Part shown: positions 1-16,834 of the stretch, piece after piece
How positions within the stretch are numbered: position 1 is the first letter of the stretch
Layout: each line of letters starts with the position of its first letter
Assembly (NCBI GenBank): GCA_964016885.1
Contig: CAXHJY010000858.1
Coordinates: 1 to 64,000, forward strand
Length of the DNA stretch: 64,000 nt
Source: Eledone cirrhosa
Taxonomy: Eukaryota
Reading direction: 5' to 3'
Notes under the pieces: model-generated
Told to the model about the DNA's origin: nothing
The model's input: only the letters and a program-made list of their open reading frames with translations
The model's database searches: none
Position numbers and translations under genes: made by a program

Positions 1-4000
<4,000 letters not shown>

Positions 4001-4108
4001 ATCTGAAACTGTATCCATCTGTCAACTGGAAGTGTATTTCTCACTCCGCCTATCTCAGCATGCCTTTGTTTATATAGTAAGTTATCTCCCTGCTTGGCTC
4101 TCTCTCTT

Positions 4109-4150
<42 letters not shown>

Positions 4151-4180
4151 ATATACAGAGAGAGAGAGCTGTTTATATAC

Positions 4181-4212
<32 letters not shown>

Positions 4213-4252
4213 AAACCCAGTGACTTCTAAATTTAATTTTGCTATTGGTGTG

Positions 4253-4292
<40 letters not shown>

Positions 4293-4574
4293 CACGCGCC
4301 TATACAGCAGTATATCTCGGATGTGATGCTGTATTACAACCGTCTACCCCTTGTAGTGAAGCGGGAATCAAGCTACAATTTGAACCTTTAATGCCAGTAT
4401 TAAGAGGGCCCCCTTCATAATACATAGGCTCACCTCTTCATTTAGAGGGGGGGGGGGGCTATCTTAGCGGGGGCTTTATTGTAAGATCAGGTAATGTGTC
4501 GGTTCTCCTTCCGTACGTTTATGAGAAAGCAACTTCCATCATTTAGTAAGAGGTACCAGTAGTCTTGTGTGTCT

Positions 4575-4979
4575 CTCTCTCTCCGTTCCCCCCTCTCTAC
4601 CCTATATCCCCCCCTCTCTACCTTCCCATCTCCCCTCTCTCTACCCCCTATTTCTCCCTTTCTACCTCATATCTCCCCCTCTATACCCCCCTCTCTGCCC
4701 CATATGCCCCCCTCTCTACCCCCTATCTCTCCCCCTATCTATCTCCCCCCTCTCTTCCCCCACTCTATCTCTCCCCCACTCTGTCTCTCTCCCCCCCACA
4801 CTCTCTCTCTCCCCCACTCTCTCTCTATCTCCCCCACTCTCTCTCTCTCTCCCCCACACACTCTCTCTCCCCCAATCTCTCTCTCTCTCCCCCACTCTCT
4901 CTCCCCCACTCTTTCTCTCTCTCTCCCCCACTCTCTCTCTCTCTCCCCCACTCTTTCTCTCTCTCCCCCACTCTCTCTC
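4575..4979. repeat. Polypyrimidine (CT/CCCC) low-complexity tract
   Basis: Repeated ctctctctcccccact-like units. Confidence 0.95.
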
Positions 4980-5609
4980 AGTAAAGTGGCTAATGGTGTG
5001 TACCTCCAATTCCACTACAGAGCCCCATTGCTCAGGTGACTCTCTTCAGCCAAACATCTTCAAATATCGTAGATCGTAGCTTTTTGATGATGGTTTTACG
5101 AGTTATGAGGTGTGGGGCAGATGTGACTGTTCTGGTCGTAAGATGTTGACAGCTCACATTGGAATAAACCTCTGTAAATATACAAATATTTCAGTCTCAC
5201 CATGTGAAGCCGTGTATAATCTTGTGCATTTCTTTTATGAGATGTCATTTTTCTAACAATATATCTGTATGCCTATATAAGTGTGTGTATGCCTATATGT
5301 GTGTATGCCTATGTAAGGTTGTGTATGTGTATATGAATGTGTTGAAAATGTGTGTGTGTATATATCTTTATCTGTATGTGTACCAGTGTAAATCTTTATA
5401 TATTTCAATGTGTGCTTGTCATTGCATATTTAAGTGTATAAATGTGTATATTGGTCTCTGTATAGGAATCGGTATGTGTGTGCGTTTGTCTTTGTATCTG
5501 TGTAACTGTAATATGTATTCCAATACTTGCTTATACGCATGCGTATAACTATGATTTATATGTATGTATAAGACGTGTGTGGTGTGAATACGCGATTATG
5601 TGTCTGGGA

Positions 5610-5685
<76 letters not shown>

Positions 5686-5907
5686 TGTGTGTGTATGTAT
5701 GAATATAAAAATGTGTATCTATATATACGTGTATATAAATATATATTTATGCGTGTATCTGTATATGTGTGTGTTTACCTGTCTGTTTAGACTTGATTTA
5801 GTTGCAGACAGTGAGGAACGATGTGATATAGTTTTACAATAAAGTAACATGTTAATGAGAAACACAGCAACAGTAATGGAGAGTGTCTCGTGTATTGAGA
5901 TACTTTC

Positions 5908-6677
5908 TTGGGTGGATGGGTGGATGGGTGGCTGGGTGGATGGTTGGATGGGTTGGTGGCTGGGTGGACGGGTTGGTGGATGGTTGGGTGGCTGGGATGT
6001 TGGATGGTTGGATGGGTTGGTGGCTGGCTGGATGAGTGGATGGTTGGGTGGCTGGCTGGGTGGATGGCTGGCTGGGTTGGTGGCTGGCTGGGTGGATGGT
6101 TGGGTGGATGGCTGGCTGGGTTGGTGGCTGGCTGGGTGGATGGTTGGGTGACTGGGTTGTTGGCTAGGTGGATGGTTGGATGGGTTGGTTGGGTGGCTGG
6201 TTGGGTGGATGGTTGGGTGGATGGCTGGCTGGGTGGATGGTTGGGTGACTGGGTTGTTGGCTGGGTGGATGTTTGGATGGGTTGGTGGCTGGTTGGGTGG
6301 CTGGGATGTTGGCTGGGTGGATGGTTGGATGGGTTGGTGGCTGGCTGGGTGGATGGTTAGGTGGATGGGTGAGGTATGGTGGGTTGGTGGCTAGGTGGAT
6401 GGCTGGGTGGCTGAGTGGATGTTGGGTGGCTGGGTGGAATGGGTTGGTGGCTGGCTGGGTGGATGGTTAGGTGGATGGGTGAGGTATGGTGGGTTGGTGG
6501 CTAGGTGGATGGCTGGGTGGCTGAGTGGATGTTGGGTGGCTGGGTGGAATGGGTTGGTGGCTGGATGGCTGGGTGAGGTATGGTGGGTTGGTGGCTGGAT
6601 GGCTGGGTGAGGTATGGTGGGTTGGTGGCTGGAAGGGTGGCTAGGTGGATGGCTGGGTGGCTGGTTATCTGGCTGGG
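5908..6677. repeat. G/T-rich degenerate tetranucleotide satellite (GGAT/GGCT/GGGT/GGTT)
   Basis: Mixed GGNT units, including a 110-bp direct duplication 6331-6440 / 6441-6550. Confidence 0.95.
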
Positions 6678-6754
6678 TTTGTTTGTTTTATAAAGGAAGT
6701 AGTTACATAAATAATGCGACGGTGGCGATGAGCCTGAGAAGAAATGGTGGTGGC

Positions 6755-6882
6755 AGTAGTAGTAGTATCAGTAGTAATGGTAGTAGTAGTAGTAGTAGTA
6801 GTAATAATGGAAGTAGTAGTGGAAGTAGTAGTAGTAGTAGTGGAAGTAGTAGTAGTAGTAGTGGAAGTAGTAGTAATAGTAG
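6755..6882. repeat. (AGT)n microsatellite
   Basis: agtagtagt runs with ggaagt variants. Confidence 0.95.
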
Positions 6883-7099
6883 TATAGGTGTTGATGGAAG
6901 TAAGGTAATGTGTTGTAGAAAGACGGAAGGTGTAGCGTTTGGGTGGCGGCTGGAAGGAAATATGATAGGAAGTAGCAGAAACATAAATATGTGATGATGA
7001 TAATGTGGTGGAGGGTGTAGAGAGGGTGATGTCAATGACATTGGTGTAGATGAGAGGGAAGAAAGAGAGACGATGTTGACATGATGGGGGTGAAGCGTC

Positions 7100-7130
<31 letters not shown>

Positions 7131-7289
7131 TAAAATATAAAAAACGAGGAAGTTTCGTTTACATATGAAATATATTTGTATATCGACCTGTTACGCGCGT
7201 TTCGCAGGGGATTGGCTCAAGTTGAGCCACTATATATACTATATATATGTCTGTGTGTGTGGGTGTATATATATATATATAGTAATAAT

Positions 7290-7466
7290 TGTTTCTACTA
7301 TTGGCACAAGGCCAGAAATTACCCAGTACATTACTGGTACTTTATTTTAACGACCCCATAAGGATGAAAGGCAAAGTTAACCTCGGCGGGATTTGAACTC
7401 AGAATGACAAGGGCCGTAACTCTATGCGTCAAAGCATGGCGTCCGACCCTCTACCGATACTGCCAA
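7290..7466 (-). mobile_element. tRNA-derived SINE family A, short-tail variant
   Basis: Minus strand shows A-box-like TGGCAGTATCGG, B-box GAGTTCAAATCC, core GCCTTTCATCCTTATGGGGTCG..AAAATAAAGTACCAG and tail GGCCTTGTGCC..GTAGAAAC. AGTAATAAT flanks both sides (7281-7289, 7466-7474). Confidence 0.92.
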
Positions 7467-7569
7467 GTAATAATAATAATAATAAATACAAGACCAAAAT
7501 CCAAAGAGGATTCAATAAAGGTTTTACACATACAGACGCAGACACAGACACACAGAGGCCCGTGGAGTA

Positions 7570-7675
7570 AAAATATTTATTATTAATACAGATTAAAAGT
7601 TTAAGCAATATATTTCTGCTTTCACCGCTAGCGGGATCTTCTGACACTCCGAAGATTCCCCTTACGGTGAAAGGG
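7570..7675. mobile_element. Penelope-like terminal remnant with inverted junction
   Basis: Minus strand 7570-7645 (TCAGAAGATCCCGCTAGCGGTGAAAGCAG..TTGCTTAAACT..AATCTGT) matches 19700-19775. Hairpin at 7619-7673. The PLE assignment is inference. Confidence 0.45.
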
Positions 7676-8340
7676 TCCCTCTAACAAACAAGAACTTCGT
7701 TATTCAGTTTCTTTTTTTCTTTTATCTTTCTTCTGCAGAAAAAACATAATTAACAGGAATTGTGCATTGCAATAATGAATTTCACACGAGATAAAAATAA
7801 ATTTTTCCCTTAAATTGAGAATTATAAATCTATATTTAATATAACATTGATATTTCAACTAGACGATCAGTTTAGTTCCAAATTAGATAACATTTTCCAA
7901 ATTTTATGGATCGTATTCATAGCAGAAAAAAGCTTACTTTTAACACATTTTATATATAGCATTAAAATGATAATTAGAAATATATATAATTAGTGAATGA
8001 TAGATGATATATTTTAAACTTTGTCAACAAATAAAACTAGTAAACATAATTGGAAGTTGTCATCCATTTGATATATTATGTTGTATGATATATATGTTAA
8101 CATATTCTAAAATAAACAGTTTAAATGTGTGAGATCGTGTGGGATTCTGACTGTGAAGACATCAATGAGACGAAATATAACTCGTAATCCCCTATCCTGA
8201 TGCTGTGAGACCCCGTGCTCTGTTTGGAGGATCTATAAACCCAACATAGCTTTATTACGGTGTGTGAAAAAGAAAAATATATATACACATATATTGGTAT
8301 ATATTTATATATAGGTGTGTATATCTCTCTCTCTCTCTCT

Positions 8341-8377
<37 letters not shown>

Positions 8378-8381
8378 CATA

Positions 8382-8487
8382 CAGGAAAAGAGTCAGGACC
8401 CCGACGGCTGAGCTCCGGCCGTTTCGACAGCTAGATCTGAACTAAGCCAGCGGTATAGGTCCGCCTGGTATCTCACCACACCTTCTT
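8382..8487. mobile_element. Short interspersed repeat homologous to 21831-22000
   Basis: Shares GACCCCGACGGC.GAGCTC..GTTTCGAC.GCTA and GCG.TA..GTCC..CTGGT..C..ACCACA with the 21.8 kb element. Embedded in (TA)n. Confidence 0.6.
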
Positions 8488-8524
<37 letters not shown>

Positions 8525-8630
8525 TAGTTTGACTTGACTTTCTGGTAAGCAGCTTTCTTGTTTAAACATTCATACCGGATATACATAAACAAACCCTTAT
8601 CTACCTTCGCATATATATATATATATTTAG

Positions 8631-8800
8631 CAAGGCCAGCAATCACCCAGTGCATTACTGGTACTTTATTTTATCGACCCCGTAAGGATGAAAGGCAAAG
8701 TTAACCTCAGCGGGATTTGAACTCAGAATGGCAAGGGCCATAACTCTATACGTCAAAGCATGGCGTCCGACCCTCTACCGATACTGCCAATCCACCACCC
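8631..8800 (-). mobile_element. SINE family A, short-tail variant
   Basis: Very similar to the copies at 7290 and 49951, with A/B boxes and core present. Confidence 0.92.
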
Positions 8801-8893
8801 TTAATCCGCCCAGTCCACCGTAAATATATATATATATATATATGTGTGTGTATAGATAGATAGATGTGTATACATATATATAACTGAGACTGC

Positions 8894-8937
<44 letters not shown>

Positions 8938-9233
8938 GTGTGTGTGTGTATGTGATAAGGTTCTGTCAATATATATAACCCAATGATTTCATATTTCCTT
9001 GTGGTTGTTTAGATGTTACACATGGCATCTGATGAAAGCCTAACTATATTTGAAAACCAGTTAAAGGTTTTACCAGTTTTCTTTTTTTGTTCAATTCCAC
9101 CCCCTGTCCTTCCCTTCATTTATCCTCGTTTTATGTTACCTTCTTTCATCTCTTTCTCGACATTTACCCCCCCCCCCCCGCACTTTGCTTCATTCCTTTA
9201 TTCTACTCAACGATTCACTCATTTACACCTTTC

Positions 9234-9268
<35 letters not shown>

Positions 9269-9506
9269 AGTATGTTTTGAAACAGTGAGCAGGTTTGAAA
9301 TTAGAAAATATATAGCTTTCACCGTATTTTTGACTAAAGGAATTTTAGCCTAATAATGGGGTTTAGAACCCTCAGATTATATATATATATATATATAATA
9401 TATAGTTAATAAAAGAGAAAAAAAAACAACAAACTCAGGAAGCAAAATTATAATTATATTAGGTTCCCGCACTATATTTTTTTTTTTCACGCTCTCTCTC
9501 TCTCTC

Positions 9507-9550
<44 letters not shown>

Positions 9551-10454
9551 TGTGTGTGTGTATATAAACATGGGGTGTGCAGGATAAAGTCAACGGACAA
9601 TCCAATCTCCTCAGATATTAAAGAAAATAAGTTTCACGTGTAACGTGGATCTTCTATATATTATATAAACACTTCAAAAATATTATATTCAGATTTAAAA
9701 GAGTTAACAATACCGAGTCGCTATCTACACACTCACACACACTAGTGTGTGTGTGTGTGTATGTATATATGATATGATCTTACGGATCGATACGATACTA
9801 TAATACATAATGGCATGCAGGTATATATATATATGTATATATATAGGCGTATTCGTAAATATACACATATAGACGTACACACATATATATATACACGTGT
9901 CAGTGCCTCACTTTTCTACATTGAAACCTTCTATCGCCCTACAGTACCCATCTCCGATATTCCGAAAGTCTTTAAATCCAAATACCTATAGCGTTCAATC
10001 GATTATGCTTAAATATCTATTCAGTCTCTTCGTAAATGGAACACATATCTAATAATAAAAAGTAATCACGATGTATCGAATAATTTTATAAAATGTAATA
10101 AATTTTTATCGATCGTCAAATAGTGTGTCCATATTTCATATTTCTATCATATTTATAAAGGCTAATAGTGTATTTATTGCAAATTGATTAATTTATGTGG
10201 TAAGCATTAACAGTTAATACTGCTTTCATTATCTTTCCTCATAGTAGTAAAGTTTTCTCTAGATTCTATATAACTGAATTGACTCTTTTTTTCTAACTCC
10301 CATAGTTCTTATGGAAGGAAAATATCAATGTTTATTCTATAGGTAGTGTGTTCGATCTACAAGAAAGCAGTCCGTCATCATTGTTATTGTTGTTGTTTTT
10401 TTGTTTATTATGTAGTATTGTGTAATATAAATAATGTCTGAAAATGTATACATG

Positions 10455-10768
10455 GTCCCGTAACTCCCGAGAGAGACGTAGGGACGCCATGTTGACATAC
10501 GGTGTCTCTAAGACATATTTTTAAGCCTGGTAACGCCCATCTATTCTCCAGGTTGGAATACAGCAGATTTCTTCCAGGGAAAGATAGTGGTAGAATAGAA
10601 GTGTGAAAGAGATATAGAGGAGAAATCAACTCCAGTACTTGACTGGTACTTGTTATGGACCTCGAAAGGTAAAAAGGTAAAGTTGACCTCTGTGGGTTTT
10701 GAACTCAGATAGTCGAAATAAATATCGCAAAGCATCCGACGTTCTACCGACTCTGACAATTCGTCGCC
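10455..10768 (-). mobile_element. SINE family A' (family A head and core with a different, longer 3' region)
   Basis: GAGTTCAAAACC B-box and GTACCAGTC core on the minus strand. Tail is homologous to the copies at 27543, 38625 and 49444. Confidence 0.75.
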
Positions 10769-11199
10769 TTATGACTGACCATACAGGATAGTGATATTTA
10801 GAATATATTTGTTCAAAGTGGTCTGCTTGTTCTACCCACACTGGCGACATTTTAGTTTCTACAAAAGCTAATGTGGAAAAGTGGAGTCAATGTTTGATCC
10901 TTAAGTTAACCATTAGATCAGCAAGAATTTTGTCATATCGTATTCAAATATCCTCTCTATTGTCTTAAAATAGAAAGGTCACGTTCTCTAATGGGGTCCT
11001 AGCTATCCTATGGACAATAAACAAGAGGATAGTCACAGCGGGAATTACATATTGTATCATTACAAGACCCAACAATGGAGACTGGCATTACGCTAAACAA
11101 CAAGGTATTTCTTCTTGAGACATTTTCGTCTTCTTTAATAACTTTACTATGTCCATTATCTCGTATTGTTTCTTGTAATACACTTAAACGGCAACAGTA

Positions 11200-11495
11200 T
11201 TAGGCTAGCGGTAAGGGTGTTTGACCTGCGATCATAATGTCGTGAGTTCGATACCTGGACTGAGTTGTGTGTTGTGTTCTTGAGCAAAACACTTCATTTC
11301 CCGCTACTCCAGTCAACTCAGCTGGCAAAAATTAGTTGTAACGGTAATTCAAATGGCGAGCCTTGTTACACATTGTGTCACACGGAATCTCCCTGAGATC
11401 TACCTTAAAGATGTACTTGCTCGTTAAATTTATCCACTGGCAGCTCCGTTGTTCAAACAACTGGACGGCTCATCGTTGGAACTGACGGAGTTCCT
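11200..11495 (+). mobile_element. tRNA-derived CORE-like SINE with RTE-like 3' end
   Basis: GGCTAGCGG A-box, GAGTTCGATACC B-box, CORE-like GTGTTCTTGAGCAAAACACTT, and end CTCATCGTTGGAACTGACGGAG. Confidence 0.75.
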
Positions 11496-12180
11496 ACACA
11501 CGTGTTGTTATAGGTTTACATTGTTGGTGTATCTACAACAGTGGTACACATGACTGTTGTAGAATATGGTATAGCAGCTAAGTTTATATTCTGAATTAGT
11601 CAACTAACCATGAAGACTGCATGTTATGCTAAAGTAAAACATATCCAGGCAACATCTCCATTTTGACGGTTGCTAGAGAACAGAGACTTCGAAGAGATTC
11701 GGTCAGTAATTGCTTATAGCGTGTTGTAAAATTATGGTGCCGAATGGCGGGAGACAAATTTGTGGAAGTCACGCAATGAGTACATTTCTTATCCTGAGTT
11801 TCTGAAATCTATAGAGATGACCTGTATTAGGAAATTCACTAACATATGTATCAAAGCATCTACGCAATGTAGTTCTCGTTGGTTATTACTTGCCTCATTA
11901 CCCTGTCTATTGCCATAAGTAATGAAGGCAGCATAGATTGGCACAGTATGATACCTGATTTCAGTGAAAATGAAAGAGGTAAAGTGATTGCAGCCGCGTT
12001 GTTTCGTGATACACGTCAATCAGTGCAACTATGTTAATGTCGCCCATCTCAATAATTTAAGCTTTCTTCCCCCAAATCTTTTCTTGCGATTCACGATATG
12101 AAAGTCATTATACGAAGAGAAACAAAAGAAAAACAGTTTAATAAGATTGCTCATTGAGAATTTACATTATCGTAAATAGT

Positions 12181-12450
12181 GGAGGCGTGTGGCTTAGTGG
12201 TAAACGTGTTGGATTTACGATTATAATGTCGTGGGTTCGATTCCTGGACCGAGTTCTGTGTTGTGTTATTGAGCAAAACACTTCAGTTCACGTTGCTCCA
12301 GTATACTCAGCTGAAAGTGAGTACCAGCAATAGCTGGATGTTTAACTCGGTGATGGACAGGTGTCCTGAGCGGGGAGGGGATGAGCTTTGTACTCTCAAT
12401 CGCTTAACCGGCCTGATGTGAGAGCAGGTGAAAGACCAGAGTAACACGAC
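12181..12450 (+). mobile_element. tRNA-derived CORE-like SINE
   Basis: GGAGGCGTGTGGCTTAGTGG A-box, GGTTCGATTCC B-box, GTGTTATTGAGCAAAACACTT. Tail differs from the 11200 copy. Confidence 0.8.
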
Positions 12451-12739
12451 ACATTTACTTAATAATGATAAATGAATATTTAAACTTTTCTTCGGTATTG
12501 AGTGCTTTTTACTCTCGTCTGTCAACTACATACGCATATATATATATATATATATATATGTATATGTATGTATGTGTGTGTGTGAATAAGATAGTACTAT
12601 TTATGACTAGTATGACTGTCATTCAATTTAGTTCTCCATAAATAAATGTATATATATATATATATATATATATACGTGTATGTATGTATTAATACATATG
12701 TATGTATGTATGTATGTATATATGTATGAATGTATATAT

Positions 12740-13040
12740 GTATCATCTTCGCAATCACACAGCGAGACCAGTGGCTGATTACCAGACTGCTCTTGGAGAT
12801 ACATCTCATCACACCTGTCATGTGAAAAGGTGTGTAGATCAGTAGGAGGGCTCAAACGACATACAAATGGACATGACGACCAGCCACAGCTTCCCATTGT
12901 CAATGAACGTTTTGATCATAGTTGTCGATTCTGTGTAAGACATTTTAAAGCATTAGCCAGACATAAAAGCCACGTTCGATCTCGGCACAGATAAAAGTTT
13001 TCTTTTTTTTTTAAGATGTCGTGTGCTGGCCATACTCGAT
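12740..13040 (+). mobile_element. 3' fragment of RTE-type LINE with two C2H2 fingers (degenerate)
   Basis: 12821-12994 translates CEKVCRSVGGLKRHTNGH...CRFCVRHFKALARHKSHVRSRHR*. It is followed by GGCCATACTCGA, matching the 3' end of the 22763 element. Confidence 0.7.
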
Positions 13041-13341
13041 GTGTATGTATGTATGTGTGTGTGTATGTATGTGTTTGTATGTATGTATGTGTGTGTGTAT
13101 GTATGTGTGTGTATGTATGTATGTATGTGTGTATAAGATGTTTATCGTCTGTATATCAGAACCACAATACTTTCAGAATAAGTCCTTTACACTACGTTAC
13201 TCCGGTAATGTCCTAACAAGTAATTGGTGCTGTAGCTTCATTGATAGACTTAGGCAATGTTTAACTTTGAAGTTTCTGTTTATTAACACATTACTCCCCC
13301 CCCCTACACACACACACACACATATATATATATACACATAT

Positions 13342-13389
<48 letters not shown>

Positions 13390-13829
13390 CAAACGAGAAA
13401 ATATACACGTTTGATTTATTGAGGATATTACCTTATAGAGTTTGTCTGATATTATAGTTATTAATTATTGTTTTTGATGCTCTCGTAATTATAACCGTAT
13501 AAAAGGTTTGGGAACTTGTTAATTCTCATCAAGAAATGTAATATTCGTAATCATTCTTCATCTCTGCAAGTATTATAAGATTATACATCTTTCTATTTGG
13601 AAGGATTATAGGATTAAATACAACAGCTTTGGTGTCTTTCTCTGTAGAACATTCACCGGCTTATAGTTCTGCCTGTTCCTTCTCTTCATAAGTTCTTGTC
13701 TTGTTAGTTTATTTACGGCTGCTTTCTTCATTTCCGTAATTTATAAATAAGTTTGATCTTCCTTCTTTGATATTTTGGCGTAATCTTCCTTCCATCGTGT
13801 TGATTTTGTTGTTGCTATTGTTGTAGAGA

Positions 13830-13955
13830 AAGTGCGTGCCTTAGTGATTAGAGAATGGGATTAACAATCACGACTTGACGTTGCGAGTTCGATTCCCAGA
13901 CCTTGAACCTTGAGAAAGATACTTTTTTTTTTCACGTTGCTCTTTCAGCCAGGAG
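13830..13955 (+). mobile_element. Degraded CORE-like SINE head
   Basis: GCGTGCCTTAGTGATTAG, GAGTTCGATTCC, CCTTGAGAAAGATACT..TTCACGTTGCTC. Confidence 0.6.
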
Positions 13956-14780
13956 TTGCAACCGGTAGATAGAATCAGAAAATGAAAAGACTAATGGAAA
14001 AATTGTTTCCTTGGTCCAATTTGACGAGGTCCACTCCAACACCCAAAACAGTCGACTACAAGGACGACTATGTTGAAAAATAAACCTCATTTGGCCACAT
14101 TCCATGAGAGTAATTTGGTCAGCCTATGGACTTTGAACTTTTCAGCCGACTCTCGTATTTTACGTTATTCAAAGGACAAAACCTTAGGTTCTGTGTTCAA
14201 ATACCGATTTGGTAAAGTTTAGTTTATATTTTATTATATAACCGTGTACTGAGAATCGAAATGTTTTAAGTGTATACAACAATACTTTCTACATCCTTGA
14301 ACCAAAGATCAAAATCAATAATACTTTAGATGTACAATACAATGAAAATATATCCCAGGGGAGACTGTTGGACGCCAAAAGCCTGGATTCATCTCCAATT
14401 TCAGTAATGTTTTACAGTTTCTTCTACACACAACACTGTTCTCTCTCGCAGATAACATTAAAACAATATAAGATTTCAACACGAAAGCGCAACATTAGGA
14501 GTTGCCCTTCAACTAAGGTATTAGCTGAGAAACATAACGGAATACATTAAAAAAAAATATGAATGAATTCATATTTTATGTACACAAAATATTATCCGCA
14601 CAGACACATACATATACTTACATACATGTGCACTACCCTCCATTAATATATATATATAATATATATATATAATATATATACCACCAGGGCAAAGGCAGCA
14701 TGATCAAGCCTTGGTTGTAATATTATTACTTCAACCAAAATGTTGATGAAATTTAGTAGATCGAATTTTCATGGAAGCCA

Positions 14781-14815
<35 letters not shown>

Positions 14816-15884
14816 GTAGGCATTGATATGGTCTATATATATATATATGTTAACACCTCGTTACATTTAGTTTTATACAGAGTTACAAATCGAACATTTA
14901 TTGATGGACATACAACAAACCACCTTCACATTGTAAACCCGTATATAAAGTTAGCGGGAAATAATGTCTTATATATACATGACAAGATTCAGGACCCCGA
15001 CGTTCATTCATCAGCGGGACTAATGTCAGACATTAGGGACACGTTACTGGAATATGGAAGGTTTAATGTTATAGAACTGAGCCGGAATTTTAAGGGGAGA
15101 GAGAGGGAGGGGGAGACAGAAACAGGGTGAGAGAGAGAAAGAAAGTGATAGGGAGACAAATAAGAAAGTGAAGTGAGGGAGAGAGAGAGAGACTGAGAGG
15201 AAGTGAAGTAAGAGAGGGGGAGAGAGACTGACAGGAAGACAAATAAGAGTGAAGTGAGAGAGACTGACAGGGAAAGAAATAAGAGGGGGGGAGACTAGCA
15301 GGGAGACAAATAAGAGTGAAGTGAGAGAGATTGACAGGAAGGCAAATAAGAGTGAGGTCTGTGAGAGAGAGTGAGTGTGTGTGTAGTGAGAGAGAGAGAC
15401 TGTCAAGGAGGCGTACAAGAAGAGGAGGAGATGAAGAGCTTAAATACAGGCATGTGTTTCTATGACAGTATAGGAAGAGAAGAGTTAATTTTAGATTTAA
15501 TTAGAATAAAAGCAGGAAAGAAGGTAAGAATACAAAATAATGAGAAACAGATGTGAAAAACCTGAATATAGGAGAAAGGGGGGGGGGGGGGTTAATAGAA
15601 GGAGTACTTGAAGAGAAGGGGGAGGAGAAATGAGTAAAAGACTATGGCAATAAGACATGGAGTATACGTGAGATAGATTGCCATAACGTAGAGGTAGGGG
15701 AGAGAGAGAGCAGAAGGACATGGATTTGTGCAAGAAATCCAGCGAGATTATGAAAATAGGACAGTAACGAGTGAAATTGGCTTTGGAGGATTTGAGGATT
15801 TAAGAGACAGAATCAATATGATAGAACCCTAGAAAACCAGAGAATGAGAATACACAAAAACATTGTGAAGGGGTTAAAAAATAA

Positions 15885-16348
15885 AGACCGCCCCCACATG
15901 GGATTTACAACTAAAAACTTCCCCTTTCAAGGTACAAGTCCGGGCAAAGTTTCTTTTTGTGGAAGACCACCTGTCACCCATGCAAACCTGTTTCCCTTCT
16001 CCACGCCACCGATGTTGTCCAAGAGAAAGGCAATGGCTGATATAGCTTGGCACCAGTGATATCGCTCATTTCTACAGCTGAATAAACTGGAGTAACGTGA
16101 AATAAAGTGTCTTGCTGAAGGACGCAACACAGAGCTCGGCCCGGGAATCGAACTGACCATCTCACTGGAGCCATATGAAATAAAGTGTCTTGCTGAAGGA
16201 CACAAGACTGAGCTAGGTCCGGGAATCGAACTGACCACCTCACTGGAACAATATGAAATAAAGTGTATTGCTGAAGGATACAAGACAGAGCTTGGCCCTG
16301 GAATCGCTCTCACCACCTCATGATTGATATCGCATCACTCTAACCCAC
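15885..16348 (-). mobile_element. CORE-like SINE with triplicated 78-bp B-box/CORE segment
   Basis: Three tandem 78-bp units at 16086-16319 carry GTTCGATTCCCGG (degenerate in the third) and GTCCTTCAGCAAGACACTTTATTTCA on the minus strand. The 3' body GGACAACATCGGTGGCGTGGAGAAGGG..GCATGGGTGAC resembles RTE 5'-UTR-derived SINE bodies. Confidence 0.85.
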
Positions 16349-16750
16349 CCGTCTAAAACAATGCAGGAATCTCATAAACGATACCAAAATATCCAAATTG
16401 GGGAGAGTCCCAGAACATCTACGACTCGTTCCCTCCCCCAGCTCTAATGTATCACAAGTTACTTGAGAAATAAGAGCAGGTGCAAACACATGAATAAGGT
16501 TAAAAATAATATACGTTACTGCAATTAAATAAGATTGAAGTAGAGAGAGAATATTAAGGAATTGATAGAGAAGAGCGTGACAACGTGTTTATTAATATTT
16601 TCAAATCTTGATTCCATTAACAGGTTTTCGTATCTGTTAGTGTAATAAATAACTGTATACCACAACCAACTCTTAACTCAGATTTAGTACTTGAACAGCT
16701 TTGGCTATTTATTACGAAATTTAGATACAATATCTATATCTATCTCTCTC

Positions 16751-16764
<14 letters not shown>

Positions 16765-16831
<67 letters not shown>
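16765..16831. repeat. (CA)n microsatellite
   Basis: Perfect CA run. Confidence 0.98.

Positions 16832-16834
<3 letters not shown>

Noticed and set aside
5849-6994. Gly/Trp-rich and Ser-rich ORFs
   Set aside because: They arise from GGNT and AGT simple repeats and are open in multiple frames.
10915-11103. Possible old repeat shared with 29455-29646
   Set aside because: Only patchy similarity by eye, and boundaries and class cannot be supported.
12181-12255. tRNA gene
   Set aside because: A and B boxes run directly into a SINE body and there is no convincing cloverleaf. The same applies to the other SINE heads.
13400-13810. Possible decayed Penelope ORF on the minus strand (YNP and IITRA-like words)
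   Set aside because: The motifs lie in different frames with many stops. Too weak without a profile search.
14771-15130. 119-aa ORF with a complex middle and a possible acceptor at 14880
   Set aside because: No recognisable domain, it starts and ends in simple repeats, and there is no convincing donor site. It cannot be supported without RNA data.
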